From Macrostomum hystrix (taxonomy: Eukaryota; Animalia; Platyhelminthes): a stretch of 64,000 nucleotides of DNA. A program made the translations under genes and the position numbers. Shown here in pieces: positions 1 through 12,877 of this stretch (positions are counted from its first letter, which is position 1; every line of letters starts with the position of its first letter). The notes below the pieces were generated by a model, which did not search any database, had not been told where the DNA came from, and worked only from the letters and a program-made list of their open reading frames with translations. The stretch covers positions 558,001 through 622,000 of the forward strand of contig CATNEN010000012.1 of the NCBI GenBank assembly GCA_950097015.1, read 5' to 3'.

Positions 1-912
1 GAGCTCTAGCGTTTTCCAAAACGAAGTGCTCGCCATCAGCTTCTGTGCGGCTGAGCTGCGCCAGAGGCAGCTGGCTGGTCGGAGGATCTTTTTTCACTCC
101 GACAGTCAAGCAGCCCTCAAGGCCCTCAGCCGCTGCACCTCTCGCTCCAGAACCACCTTGGACTGCAACACCCAGTTAAACGGGTTGGCGCAGTCTAACA
201 AGGTGGAGCTGCTATGGATCCCTGGGCATGCCGGGTTCACAGGGAATGAGATGGCGGACCAGCTTGCTAAGGCTGGAGCAGCCAGCTCCCTGATGGGCCC
301 GGGCCCGGAGTCCCCGATCCCCATCTCAGTTGTCAACTCCAGCATCAACTGCTGGATGGAGACCCAGCACCGGAGGAGGTGGTCCAGCACCCTGAACTGT
401 CGCCAGTCCAGGGCTGCGGTGCCAACCCCCTCTAGTAACCTGCGTAAGGCCTTACTCAGGCTTAACCGCAGAGACCTAAGAGCAGTCACTATGGCTCTTT
501 CGGGACATGGCTGCTTCACCAGACACCGCTACCTTCAAGGCCACGTGCCTGAGGAAACGTGTCCCTTCTGCTGCTCCGGACGCGAAAATGCAGAGCATTT
601 CATCTGCCACTGCCCGGCCTTCACCCGGGCCAGGCTAAAACATCTCGGGCCGGCACCGACTCTCGCCGAAGCCTGCTCGCCCGAGAACATCCCACAGCTC
701 GCCCACTTCCTCCGGGATACCGGCCGAGCTGATTTCTTCCCAGCCTATGGCGAGGAAGATCGCGCGGCGGAATCGACCGACGGACCACCCTGAGCGGCAC
801 CGCCTCGCTGGAGGCTGTCTGGCTGCCAGGGGTTAGCGATATGGGCGGCATCAGCCGCCTCCTCGCTGCGTCCGTCATGGAGGCTCCCTGCCGCTAAGTC
901 AAGTAAGTCAAA
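1..912 (+). mobile_element. 3' end of a non-LTR retrotransposon (I/R1/LOA-like; RNase H plus C-terminal CCHC knuckle), antisense within a PCBP intron
   Basis: ORF 26-793 has RNase H motifs ([12 protein letters not shown]; [21 protein letters not shown]) then CPFC-x8-H-x4-C. The GC-rich 3' UTR has small hairpins (GCCTC/GAGGC 802-815, GGCGGC/GCCGCC 844-859) and ends in a short AAGTC/AAGT tail at about 895-912. Confidence 0.88.
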
Positions 913-913
913 G

Positions 914-1668
914 CCCATAGTGTGTCATCACCTGACCCATGGTGTGTCATCACCTGACACATGGTGTTTTTCACCTGACCCATGGTGTGTTTTCACCTGA
1001 CCCATGGTGTGTTTTCACCTGACCCATGGTGTGTTTTCACCTGACCCATGGTGTGTCATCACCTGACCCATGGTGTGTTTTCACCTGACCCATGGTGTGT
1101 TTTCACCTGACCCATGGTGTGTCATCACCTGACCCATGGTGTGTTTTCACCTGACCCATGGTGTGTCATCACCTGACCCATGGTGTGTTTTTCACCTGAC
1201 CCATGGTGTGTTTTCACCTGACCCATGGTGTGTTTTCACCTGACCCATGGTGTGTTTTCACCTGACCCATGGTGTGTCATCACCTGACCCATGGTGTGTT
1301 TTCACCTGACCCATGGTGTGTTTTCACCTGACCCATGGTGTGTCATCACCTGACCCATGGTGTGTTTTCACCTGACCCATGGTGTGTTTTCACCTGACCC
1401 ATGGTGTGTTTTCACCTGACCCATGGTGTGTCATCACCTGACCCATGGTGTGTTTTCACCTGACCCATGGTGTGTCATCACCTGACCCATGGTGTGTTTT
1501 CACCTGACCCATGGTGTGTTTTCACCTGACCCATGGTGTGTCATCACCTGACCCATGGTGTGTCATCACCTGACCCATGGTGTGTTTTCACCTGACCCAT
1601 GGTGTGTTTTCACCTGACCCATGGTGTGTCATCACCTGACCCATGGTGTGTTTTCACCTGACCCACCT
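914..1668. repeat. 22-bp minisatellite (CACCTGACCCATGGTGTGTTTT / ...GTCAT), about 34 copies
   Basis: Unit starts at 972, 994, 1016; two alternating variants. Confidence 0.97.
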
Positions 1669-1786
1669 GAAACACCTGGACTGGCAGCAGGAAGTTTGCC
1701 ACCTGAGCGGATTGAAATCGGACATTGTTTGTGGCGGGTGTTAATTTCGCACTGAGCTGGCCCACAGGGACTCAGCCTGGTCTCAC

Positions 1787-4700
1787 CTCGGGTCCAAACG
1801 CGATCGAGGCTGGAAACAGCTGACCATTGAGCTGCGCCATCGGCGCCGTCAGAATCAGCGGCTTCGGGCGGTAGGGAATCGTTGCGCCCTTCGATGGACA
1901 CTGCGAAGTTGAGGATTTTCAGATAAAGACTTCAAATTTATTGGGATCATTGGGATTTGTGTTGCTAGTGATTTGTACTGATATGTTCTGTGGTATATAT
2001 GCGAGACCATATTCATATTTACAGGATTCGCAAGTTCTATTTTTTTATCAAGCAGTTTTACGAGTAATTTATCGCTATTAGTAATTTTGTTATTTTCCAG
2101 GATGCCAGGTGAATCAGGCTCACCTCAAGCATCACGTGGCACAGCTGGCGGACGCACTTGGCGACAGACCTGGCGTTGCCCGAGAGGGTGACTGTGCGCT
2201 CAGTTGAGTTTGGAAGCACCTCGCCTGCCACCTGCAGAGTGGCGCCAGTCAGCTGCGGAAAAAATAATGCTTCGAGTTGAGCAACTCAAATGATCTGGGC
2301 ACATTGCGTGCAGAGTGCACTGGGAAATCCGATTTCCATTCAACCAAACAATGTACATTATAAGCCAGCGCAAATCCAACTGACCAATATACATTCTGAA
2401 CCACTGTACATTCAACTGAACAATGTACAGTCTGAAACAGCGTACATTGTGAACCAGCGTACATTTTGAACCAGCGTACATTGTGAACCAGAGTACATTC
2501 AACAAAACAATGTACATTGTGAACCATTGTACATTGTGAATCAGCGTACATTCAACAAAACAATGTACATTGTGAACCAGCGTACATTCAACAAAACAAT
2601 GTACATTCTGAACCAGCGTGCATTCAAATTTACTGAACAATGTAGATTGTGAATCAGCATTCAACTAACCAATGTACACTGCAAGCCGGTTAGATTAAAC
2701 TGAAGAATAAGCAGTGTGAACCAACGTACATTTTAAACGTGCGCCGTGTACATGCATCAAGGCAATATGTTTAGTGAATTAACAGTGATAAATCAGACTA
2801 GATTATGTAAAAGATGGCTTGAATAGCAGGCCATGCTCATCACCTCTCTAATCTCTTTGATCTTGCAGCCTCCCTTCCCGATGACGCTGCCGCACTGGGT
2901 GGCGGGCACCAGCAGCCGAAGAGTCACTGGCGGGCAGCCGATCTCGTCAGGGCCGGGGCCCACTCCGCCCGTGGCTGCTGCCGCGGCGGCTGCTGCTGCT
3001 GCTGCCGCTGCTGCGGCCGCTGCCACTGCGGCGGCACCAGGGCCTCCTAGACCTGCGGCAGCTCGCTGGATTGACAGGGTGAAGTCCTGCGGGTGTGAAA
3101 ACGTTAGGAGTGAAATCCCATTAGTGTGAAATTCCATTGGTATGAAATCCCATTGGTATGAACTCACATCTTCAAACTTCTGGCACATCAGGCAGAAGGC
3201 CACGTAGATCTGGTCGACCGTTCCAGTGACGGTGACGATTCTCTCCGGACAGGAGCCATCCGAGATGTTGATCCTGGCGCCACTCTGAGTTAAATTTGAG
3301 CAGTTTTTGCCATATATTGGTCTCACCAATGAGCATAAAATTAGTTTTCAATGAGTTTTTCTGCCTATAACGACTTACCTCCTCGCGGTACTTCTTCACA
3401 TTGTCTCCTTTCTGAAAGTAAATCAAATTGTGAAGCAAAAAGTTAATTATTTCAGCCATTCCAGTATCCTCTACTACGAGTTATTCTACGAGCTACTGCC
3501 TCACCGTCAGTCTCTACTACGAGTACTAGCCTTTCCATCAGTCATGAATAGAGCGCTGCTCACCTTTCCTATTATACTGCCCACCTCCTGAAAGGATGAA
3601 AAGTTAAAATAAATCTTTAAAAATTTCTATAAATTAAAAATGTCAGATCATGGGATATTAAGGGAGTCAGCTGATGGGATATTGGGAAGAGTCAGCTGAT
3701 GGGATATTGGGATGAGTCAGCTGATGGGATATAGGGATGAGTCAGCTGATGGGATATAGGGATGAGTCAGCTGATGGGATATCGGGATGAGTCAGCTGAT
3801 GGGATATCGGGATGAGTCAGCTGATGGGATATCGGGATGAGTCAGCTGATGGGATATCGGGATGAGTCAGCTGATGGGATATAGGGATGAGTCAGCTGAT
3901 GGGATATAGGGATGAGACAGCTGATGGGATATAGGGATGAGTCAGCTGATGGGATATAGGGATGAGTCAGCTGATGGGATATAGGGATGAGTCAGCTGAT
4001 GGGATATTGGGATGAGTCAGCTGATGGGATATAGGGATGAGTCAGCTGATGGGATATAGGGATGAGTCAGCTGATGGGATATTGGGAAGAGTCAGCTGAT
4101 GGGATATAGGGATGAGTCAGCTGATGGGATATTGAGAAGAGTCAGCTGATGGGATATTGGGATGAGTCAGCTGATGGGATATAGGGATGAGTCAGCTGAT
4201 GGGATATAGGGATGAGTCAGCTGATGAGATATCGGGATGAGTCAGCTGATGGGATATCGGGATGAGTCAGCTGATGGGATATCGGGATGAGTCAGCTGAT
4301 GGGATATCGGGATGAGTCAGCTGATGGGATATAGGGATGAGTCAGCTGATGGGATATAGGGATGAGTCAGCTGATGGGATATAGGGATGAGTCAGCTGAT
4401 GGGATATAGGGATGAGTCAGCTGATGGGATATAGGGATGAGTCAGCTGATGGGATATTGGGATGAGTCAGCTGATGGGATATAGGGATGAGTCAGCTGAT
4501 GGGATATAGGGATGAGTCAGCTGATGGGATATTGGGAAGAGTCAGCTGATGGGATATAGGGATGAGTCAGCTGATGGGATATTGAGAAGAGTCAGCTGAT
4601 GGGATATTGGGATGAGTCAGCTGATGGGATATAGGGATGAGTCAGCTGATGGGATATAGGGATGAGTCAGCTGATGAGATATCGGGATGAGTCAGCTGAT

Positions 4701-5157
4701 GGGATATCGGGATGAGTCAGCTGATGGGATATCGGGATGAGTCAGCTGATGGGATATCGGGATGAGTCAGCTGATGGGATATAGGGATGAGTCAGCTGAT
4801 GGGATATAGGGATGAGTCAGCTGATGGGATATAGGGATGAGTCAGCTGATGGGATATTGGGAAGAGTCAGCTGATGGGATATAGGGATGAGTCAGCTGAT
4901 GGGATATTGGGAAGAGTCAGCTGATGGGATATTGGGAAGAGTCAGCTGATGGGATATTGGGAAGAGTCAGCTGATGGGAGAATGGTAGTTGAGCTGTAAG
5001 TCGCTCTCACCTTGCCAGACATGAGCATGCGAACAGTGAGCATCTGGGAGGCGATGCTCTGGGCGCTGTCGGCAGTTCCCGGCCTCTGCTGCTGCAGTTC
5101 GAGCTGCAGCTCAGGCGAATCCTTGGGCGAAGTCAAGTTCTCGCCGGGAGTGGTCAT
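1787..5157 (-). CDS. PCBP3: Poly(rC)-binding protein (PCBP/hnRNP E family, KH domains); 3' part lies beyond the left edge
   Basis: GT-AG exons on the minus strand: 5157-5011 (MTTP...MLMSGK), 3587-3564 (EVGSIIGK), 3411-3379 (KGDNVKKYREE), 3284-3168 (SGARINISDGSCPERIVTVTG...KFED), 3086-2844 (...PPVTLRLLVPATQCGSVIGKGGCKIKEIRE), 2252-2124 (LTGATLQVAGEVLPNSTERTVTLSG...VMLE), 1900-1787 (CPSKGATIPYRPKP...). A further small exon at 1702-1676 is possible. The family assignment is secure; the paralogue number is nominal. Confidence 0.93.
2345..2740. repeat. Degenerate ~17-21-bp repeat (TACATTGTGAACCAGCG-like) in a PCBP intron
   Basis: Recurrent TACATT(G/C)TGAACC and CAATGTACA motifs. Confidence 0.75.
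3642..4978. repeat. 25-bp minisatellite (GTCAGCTGATGGGATATAGGGATGA), about 53 copies, in the first coding intron of PCBP
   Basis: Period 25 (3791, 3816...); variant pattern repeats at 450 bp. Confidence 0.97.
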
Positions 5158-6059
5158 GCCGATGCGTGCGCGTGGGTATGTGCGTGGCTTGCTGAGGCAG
5201 TTTGTTCTCGCAGCTTAGGCGCCTAAATGAAACAGGACGGTAGGTAGGTGGGTGCGTAGCGGAACTCGAGGCAGATTGCCAGGGGGAGCGGAGGTTTAGG
5301 CGCAGACTGGCAGAGGATGCAAGGAGAATTATAGAAGGGCCTGCAGCATCGCTGGGAAATCAAGGTAGGAAGCGGGCTTTAGTGCGCAGAGGCTAGCGGA
5401 GGGGCAGAGAGGGAGACAGTGTGGGGAGGTCGGCAGGGCAGAGGGGCAGCAGGCAGCAGCCTAGATCGCACAATCGCAGCGGAAGCTGAAGGAACTGACT
5501 GACCAACCAGTGCGCGCTGCACGCAGCGGAGCCTCCTGAAAGCCTGCTCCCCTTCACACTGCCAGCAATAATTCCCAGCGAAGATGGCCCGCAATGGCCC
5601 CTGTTCGGTTGTTCGTGTCGCGGTGTTTCCGGCCTGCTGATTCTAAAGTTACAGCTGCTGCTGCTGCATGCCGACTGTTGGTCGAAGCCTGGATGCAGCA
5701 GTTGCAGCTGTGTTTAAAGCCCTGTCATCGCTTCAGCAAATCATTTCTGAAACCTTTGTCGCAACCGATTTTTTAACGAATATTGCATGCACATTGACCC
5801 CTTGAGGTGTATGTTTTCTTCGCTCTAGTTGCTTCTTTTTCCTTTCCTCGAAAAGTAGCTTTTTTAAATGGTTTCTCTTTCATATTCTCCCTCCTCCTCT
5901 TCATTGCATATTTCCATATCCCCATTTCCCTGACTCCCTGCGCCCTGACACTGTGACTTGTGACTCAAAAAATCCGAACTATATGACTGTTTTCACACTT
6001 AGCAGTGCCTAAAACAATATTATTGCAATACTTGCAGGTGGGCTGTGGGCACATCATTT

Positions 6060-6280
6060 GGTGACAGTCGACACTCACACAGGTGTGTACATCCGCCGTG
6101 ACTTTCTCATCGTCAGGCAGTGTACACTCTCATGCCTTGGGGCGGTCATTAATGTGTGAATTGTTCAGCAAGCCCCAAGCTTTCATTCCGCGGCTGCGCC
6201 CGAAATGAATGTGAGAGATTCGAGCTCAGGGACCTTGGTGCGATGCGATATGCGAACGCATCAGACCGCTCTGCCACTAA
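6060..6280 (-). mobile_element. tRNA-derived SINE-like element (copy 1)
   Basis: The minus strand begins TAGTGGCAGAGCGGTCTGATGCG (A-box like) ... GAGCTCGAATCTC (B-box like). The body CCCCAAGGCA-GAGAGTGTACACTGCCTGACGATGAGAAAGTCA is shared with about 45315-45475 (+) and 63085-63150 (-). Confidence 0.6.
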
Positions 6281-6531
6281 TTTACGTATAACGTACGTAG
6301 CCTTCTATTTTTCAGCTTTCAGCTAGCCTGCATGCCTGGCATGCGATTTCACTGATTTATAAAGAAACTCAATTAAAAGAAGGTTTGGCCCGTTGCCCAG
6401 CAGCTGAGTCCCTCAGATTCGCCATCTCTGCCACTCTTTATCTTTCAATTTCAAAGTCTTGCGCCGGAGCATTGGGGGACGATTTTTATCGGCACCCACC
6501 CCACCCTCCTCTGATCTTCTGGCCGCGTCCG

Positions 6532-6563
<32 letters not shown>

Positions 6564-7035
6564 ATTCATTTCCTAGAGCGACGATAAGCCACCGCAGATT
6601 CAAGATGAGGGACTCGCCGCGTTGATGGGATCTGACATCGGAGATGGGATCGCCAGGCTTCTTCCCGCCGCCGTGGCCTCAGTTTTTATGGAATTTTTTC
6701 AGGCCTTTTTACTCCCGCGCCTCATTAGGGGAGAGGGGGGTGTGCGGCTTGGCTGGGGACCGCTGGCTGTCGCAGCTCCCGCCCCCGTGGCAGGAAGTTC
6801 TTCAAAGCTAAAAAAGAATTCTGCATCGCCAAGCCTCACAAACCCGCTGTGAGCTTATAGCATTATATTCGCATTGAGATGCTCAATGGGCCCCCGGGGA
6901 TTGTGGCGGCGGAGAGGGTTGGCAACCGGAAGGAGAGGGCTCCATTCAGGCCACCTGCCCTAGCATGGCAGGCTCCGGAAGCAGGTTCCACTGTGAGTGC
7001 AGGAAGTGGCTTGTCCTGCCTGCTGCTACTCTGAA

Positions 7036-7071
<36 letters not shown>

Positions 7072-7334
7072 GAGAGGCCGGGGGCTGAACTCACCTGGAC
7101 CACATCCACTTCTGATTTCTGAGTCTGGATTGAGTCCCCATCCTCTCCATGCCTTCCTGCCCCAGCCCGTCCGGTTGTCGATTGTGAAGTTGGAGGTTAT
7201 TATTGTTGAAAATGTGCGCGATTATTGCTAGCTGGAGAGACTGCGGCTGACACAAATTGTGGATGGGAGCAAGTCTTCCCGTGATGAGTGGGATTTCAGA
7301 GCAAAGCTGTGCTACACATTTGGGATCAGCGCTT

Positions 7335-7445
7335 CACAAACCCGAATCCCCACAAACCCGAATCCTCACAAACCCGAATCCTCACAAACCCGAATCCTCA
7401 CAAACACGAATCCTCACAAACCCGAATCCTCACAAACCCGAATTC
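7335..7445. repeat. 16-bp minisatellite (CACAAACCCGAATCCT), about 7 copies
   Basis: Direct inspection. Confidence 0.92.
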
Positions 7446-8269
7446 TGACTAACCCAAGCGATTATTCAGTGATCCGGTGATTGACCTTCAAATGTTTCTC
7501 CTTGGTTTTGGCCCGATTTTTTTACCTGGTCATTAATCGGAAAAGCCAGATTTCTGCAAAGTCGGGCATCTCACTCATTCAGGTATTTGGGGTGGGGGCG
7601 GTTGTGAAAACCAAGACCGCGATTCAAACCGGGCAGAGCACTGCGATAAGGGGATCACAGACTGAGGAATAGGCGGCGCCACAGGTGACAGGAGGTGGGG
7701 CCTGACGTGTTTTCGCGTGTTTACCAAGATCGGAGGAGACTCGGACTGGAGCAGGGGGGAGAGGGAGCGCAGATTACTTAGATTTCCTGCCCGCATCAGG
7801 AAATGAGGGTTCGAGCTGCATCTGACAGGCGCCGAGTGGGAGGTTTAGAGAGGCTGGATGAAGGACGACTCAATGAGCACAGCCCAGTAATCCCCAGATT
7901 TTGTTCAGTCGGCTGAAGTCGGGGCTAAAATATGAAAACTGATAACAGAAATCCTCGATGCAAAGGGTCAATGGGAGCAAAGTTGTAGCGGGCTTTTGCT
8001 CATGCTCGTGTTTTCTCCCAACGCATTGTTTTTTATGTCTCCCTTTGTTTAATGCGTGGCCGATTGTACTGAAACACAATGGCTGCTTAGGCTGAAAGTT
8101 TGAACAATGCCCCATGCAGCCGTATGATTTCTTATTGTCTTGCTCAGCACTACAAACTTCACATGCTAACTGAATCAGTGCCATGCAATGCCACATCACA
8201 AATTACGAGTGTATTTCATGGCTATAAAGCTGAAAATTCTCCGCTACACCATCATTTGGCTCAATGTCT

Positions 8270-8828
8270 CCCCCACCACACTCTCTCCATCTCCTTAACC
8301 TCTCCCTCTCCCCAACCTCTCCCTCTCCCCAACCTCTCCCTCTCCCCAACCTCTCCCTCTCCCCAACCTCTCCATCTCCCCAACCTCTCCCTCCCCCCAA
8401 CCTCTCCCTTTCCCCAACCTCTCCCTCTCCCCAACCTCTCCCTCTCCCCAACCTCTCCATCTCCCCAACCTCTCCCCCCCAACCTCTCCCTCCCCCCAAC
8501 CTCTCCCTTTCCCCAACCTCTCCCTCTCCCCAACCTCTCCCTCTCCCCAACCTCTCCATCTCCCCAACCTCTCCCCCCCAACCTCTCCCTTTCCCCAACC
8601 TCTCCCTCCCCCCAACCTCTCCCTTTCCCCAACCTCTCCCTCTCCCCAACCTCTCCCCCCCAACCTCTCCCTTTCCCCAACCTCTCCCTTTCCCCAACCT
8701 CTCCATCTCCCCAACCTCTCCCTTTCCCCAACCTCTCCCTTTCCCCAACCTCTCCCTCTCCCCAACCTCTCCCTCTCCCCAACCTCTCCATCTCCCCAAC
8801 CTCTCCCTCTCCCCAACCTCTCCCTCTT
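8270..8828. repeat. 17-18-bp C/T-rich minisatellite (CCCCAACCTCTCCCTCT)
   Basis: Direct inspection; explains the overlapping Pro/Gly-rich ORFs. Confidence 0.93.
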
Positions 8829-9139
8829 GCCAATCTGTCCACCTTTCCTATCTCTGCTCAATGTCCGAATCGCAGCCTACTCATATTTGAGCTAGTGCAG
8901 CTCAGTCAATTTGACGAGCCAAGTGGCCATAAAGCAGCTCGCATGCAATAATACAAATCTGGGAGTAAAATCGGCGGTAATGGAAAGCTGGTCAACGAAT
9001 TGCTAGTCCACCAAATCTGGTTCATAACTCAAACTGAAATCTGGGTCGGACAGGGTCGGATTCAGATAACCAGACAAGCATCTGCCGTCACCGTTCTAAA
9101 CAAATCTGAGCTGTCTAATTTATTATGTCCGAAAGCTCT

Positions 9140-9440
9140 CATTTCTCACATCTCCCCCCACTCCTCACATCTCTCTCCCTCATCCCAAATCTCTCTCCCT
9201 CTCCTCACATCTCTCTCCCTCTCCTCACATCTCTCTCCCTCTCCTCACATCTCTCTCCCTCTCCTCACATCTCTCTCCCTCTCCCCACATCTCTCTCCCT
9301 CTCCTCACATCTCTCTCCCTCTCCTCACATCTCTCTCCCTCTCCCCACACCTCTCTCCCTCTCCTCACATCTCTCTCCCTCTCCTCACATCTCTCTCCCT
9401 CTCCTCACATCTCTCTCTCCCCACATCTCTCTCCCTCTCC
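9140..9440. repeat. 20-bp minisatellite (CTCCTCACATCTCTCTCCCT)
   Basis: Direct inspection. Confidence 0.93.
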
Positions 9441-9862
9441 GCAAAGCTGTCTTGTCCCCTGTATGTCGTTAGCAGATGCTCTCCGGCCAAGTCAAATCCG
9501 TGCTCGCAATCTTTAATAACTTCGCTGACAGAGCTCATCAGCATCAAGTCACGGTGAAGTCAGTGAGGAACTTGAAAAAGTGGTCGGGACCCATCTAACC
9601 ACCTACTCCAGTCGAGTGCCGCCTCTACGTGAGGGCACAATGGCCTTGGAACGGGTCGGCACAAGCGGGGCGTGACTAATGAGAATAGGGAAGAAAGGAG
9701 GAGGGGTGATTTATTTTAAAGACAATCTGACAAATCCCATTTCGGCTGATACTCGAATATGGAAATGGGAGATAAGGACAGACTCTATTGAAAAACTCCA
9801 TTAACTAGATCAGCTTTCATAATAATTGAACCGAAACACAAATAGCAATGCCAATTTCAAAC

Positions 9863-10042
9863 GGGTCAATCGTGGGGTCAATCGTGGGGTCAATCGTGGG
9901 GTCAATCGTGGGGTCAATCGTGGGATCAATGGTGGGGTCAATCGTGGAGTCAATCGTGGGGTCAATCGTGGGGTCAATGGTGGGGTCAATGATGGGGTCA
10001 ATCGTGGGGTCAATGGTGGGGTCAATGGTGGGGTCAATGGTG
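9863..10042. repeat. 12-bp minisatellite (GGGGTCAATCGT/GGT), about 15 copies
   Basis: Direct inspection. Confidence 0.95.
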
Positions 10043-10863
10043 GGGTCAATGGTGGGGTCAATGAGCCGAAAGAAAGCAGACAATAAAATTGAATTAAGTA
10101 GTATGCTACAAATGTTAGCCTTATAAATTGTTTCATTATGAAAATAGACAATTGTTAATGATAAGCTAGGTGCTACAGCAGCTCACAGCTGGGAAATTTC
10201 CGAGAACAAGCTCAAATAGATAAGAAAGCAGAGCAGGAAGAGAACTGAAAGTGCCGAACTCCTAGCGGGATTAAATTCCCATTAAGGGCGCTCTGCCGTG
10301 AGGAAAAGCAGTGAAGCCTCCCTTAGCAGAATCCCAGCCTTCTTAACCCGCACTCATTCTGCGCAAAGAATAGGGGAGAGTTAGCTGGATTTGGGATCCT
10401 CTCGGTGTATTTTCCCCAACAGGGGGGGGCAGCTCAGAGTTCCACTTATGGCTTGAAGAGCCAGCACAGCCACCACCCCGACAGCACAATGGGACACGCG
10501 AGTATTTTATAACCGAAGCGTCTAACAGGGGATCAAGGATCTCAGCCACAGTTCGAAGCCTTTTTTGAAATTCGAGCCCAAACAGTCTTTCAAATTTTCC
10601 AGTCGAATCTGCGAAGCGTGAATTTCGGCGAAACCCGACTCGTTTCAATATTTCAATATAGGAAGCTTTTTGTTGCTGTTCTGCCGCTTTTTTACTAAGT
10701 TGTGCTGCCAAATTAGCAGTACTGTGGACCCGCAGCCAGTGACAAAGCCAATTCTGCCAATTGCGCTGACTCCTGGGCACGCGCTCGCACAGGTGTCCTG
10801 ATCTTCTCAACGTCAGGCGCTGCACACTGTCACGGTACATTGGAGGTTGGCCTTCAAAGGCGT

Positions 10864-12595
10864 AAATCTAACACAAACTCTATCACATCTAACACAAACT
10901 CTATCATATCTAACACAAACTCTATCACATCTAACACATCATATCTAACACAAACTCTATCATATCTAACACAAACTCTATCATATCTAACACAAACTCT
11001 ATCATATCTAACACAAACTCTATCATATCTAACACAAACTCTATCATATCTAACACATCATATCTAACACAAACTCTATCATATCTAACACATCATATCT
11101 AACACAAACTCTATCATATCTAACACATCATATCTAACACAAACTCTATCATATCTAACACATCATATCTAACACAAACTCTATCATATCTAACACATCA
11201 CATCTAACACAAACTCTATCATATCTAACACATCATATCTAACACAAACTCTATCATATCTAACACAAACTCTATCATATCTAACACAAACTCTATCACA
11301 TCTAACACAAACTCTATCATATCTAACACAAACTCTATCACATCTAACACAAACTCTATCATATCTAACACAAACTCTATCATATCTAACACATCATATC
11401 TAACACAAACTCTATCATATCTAACACAAACTCTATCATATCTAACACATCATATCTAACACAAACTCTATCATATCTAACACAAACTCTATCATATCTA
11501 ACACAAACTCTATCATATCTAACACAAACTCTATCATATCTAACACAAACTCTATCACATCTAACACAAACTCTATCATATCAAACACAAACTCTATCAT
11601 ATCTAACACAAACTCTATCACATCTAACACAAACTCTATCATATCTAACACAAACTCTATCATATCTAACACATCATATCTAACACAAACTCTATCATAT
11701 CTAACACAAACTCTATCATATCTAACACATCATATCTAACACAAACTCTATCATATCTAACACATCATATCTAACACAAACTCTATCATATCTAACACAA
11801 ACTCTATCATATCTAACACAAACTCTATCATATCTAACACAAACTCTATCATATCTAACACAAACTCTATCATATCTAACACAAACTCTATCATATCTAA
11901 CACAAACTCTATCATATCTAACACAAACTCTATCATATCTAACACAAACTCTATCATATCTAACACAAACTCTATCATATCTAACACAAACTCTATCATA
12001 TCTAACACAAACTCTATCATATCTAACACATCATATCTAACACAAACTCTATCATATCTAACACAAACTCTATCATATCTAACACAAACTCTATCACATC
12101 TAACACAAACTCTATCATATCAAACACAAACTCTATCATATCTAACACAAACTCTATCACATCTAACACAAACTCTATCATATCTAACACAAACTCTATC
12201 ATATCTAACACATCATATCTAACACAAACTCTATCATATCTAACACAAACTCTATCATATCTAACACATCATATCTAACACAAACTCTATCATATCTAAC
12301 ACAAACTCTATCATATCTAACACATCATATCTAACACAAACTCTATCATATCTAACACATCATATCTAACACAAACTCTATCATATCTAACACAAACTCT
12401 ATCATATCTAACACAAACTCTATCATATCTAACACAAACTCTATCATATCTAACACAAACTCTATCATATCTAACACAAACTCTATCATATCTAACACAA
12501 ACTCTATCATATCTAACACAAACTCTATCATATCTAACACAAACTCTATCATATCTAACACATCATATCTAACACAAACTCTATCACATCTAACA
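10864..12595. repeat. 21-bp minisatellite (ATATCTAACACAAACTCTATC) with interspersed shortened units
   Basis: Period 21 (MIEFVLD repeat on the minus strand); ends in a fold-back hairpin. Confidence 0.97.
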
Positions 12596-12877
12596 GTGAT
12601 GTGATAGAGTTTGCATAGAACCAATACAAAATTGAAAAGGACGACCCTCCCTACCGCACAGTCCATTGTTGCTAACCTTGCTTATGAGATAAAATCTACT
12701 AATTGCACTCTCACGTATTTTTCTATGGATGAATGAAAGTTTGAGTCTAAAAAGACATCCATTACTCAACTGTCTATCTCGTCTAGCATGCTTAAACGGA
12801 GAATGGCTAGATAGAATAATGCGCTTGCAGACTTTCAGTTCACACTGATATGAACCAGAGCTTTGCAGGTGAGTGTG

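Noticed and set aside
6095-6120. CTGACGATGAGAAAG (minus strand) as a hammerhead ribozyme core
   Set aside because: Only 3 nt between CUGANGA and GAAA, so no room for stem II; no supporting stems I/III seen.
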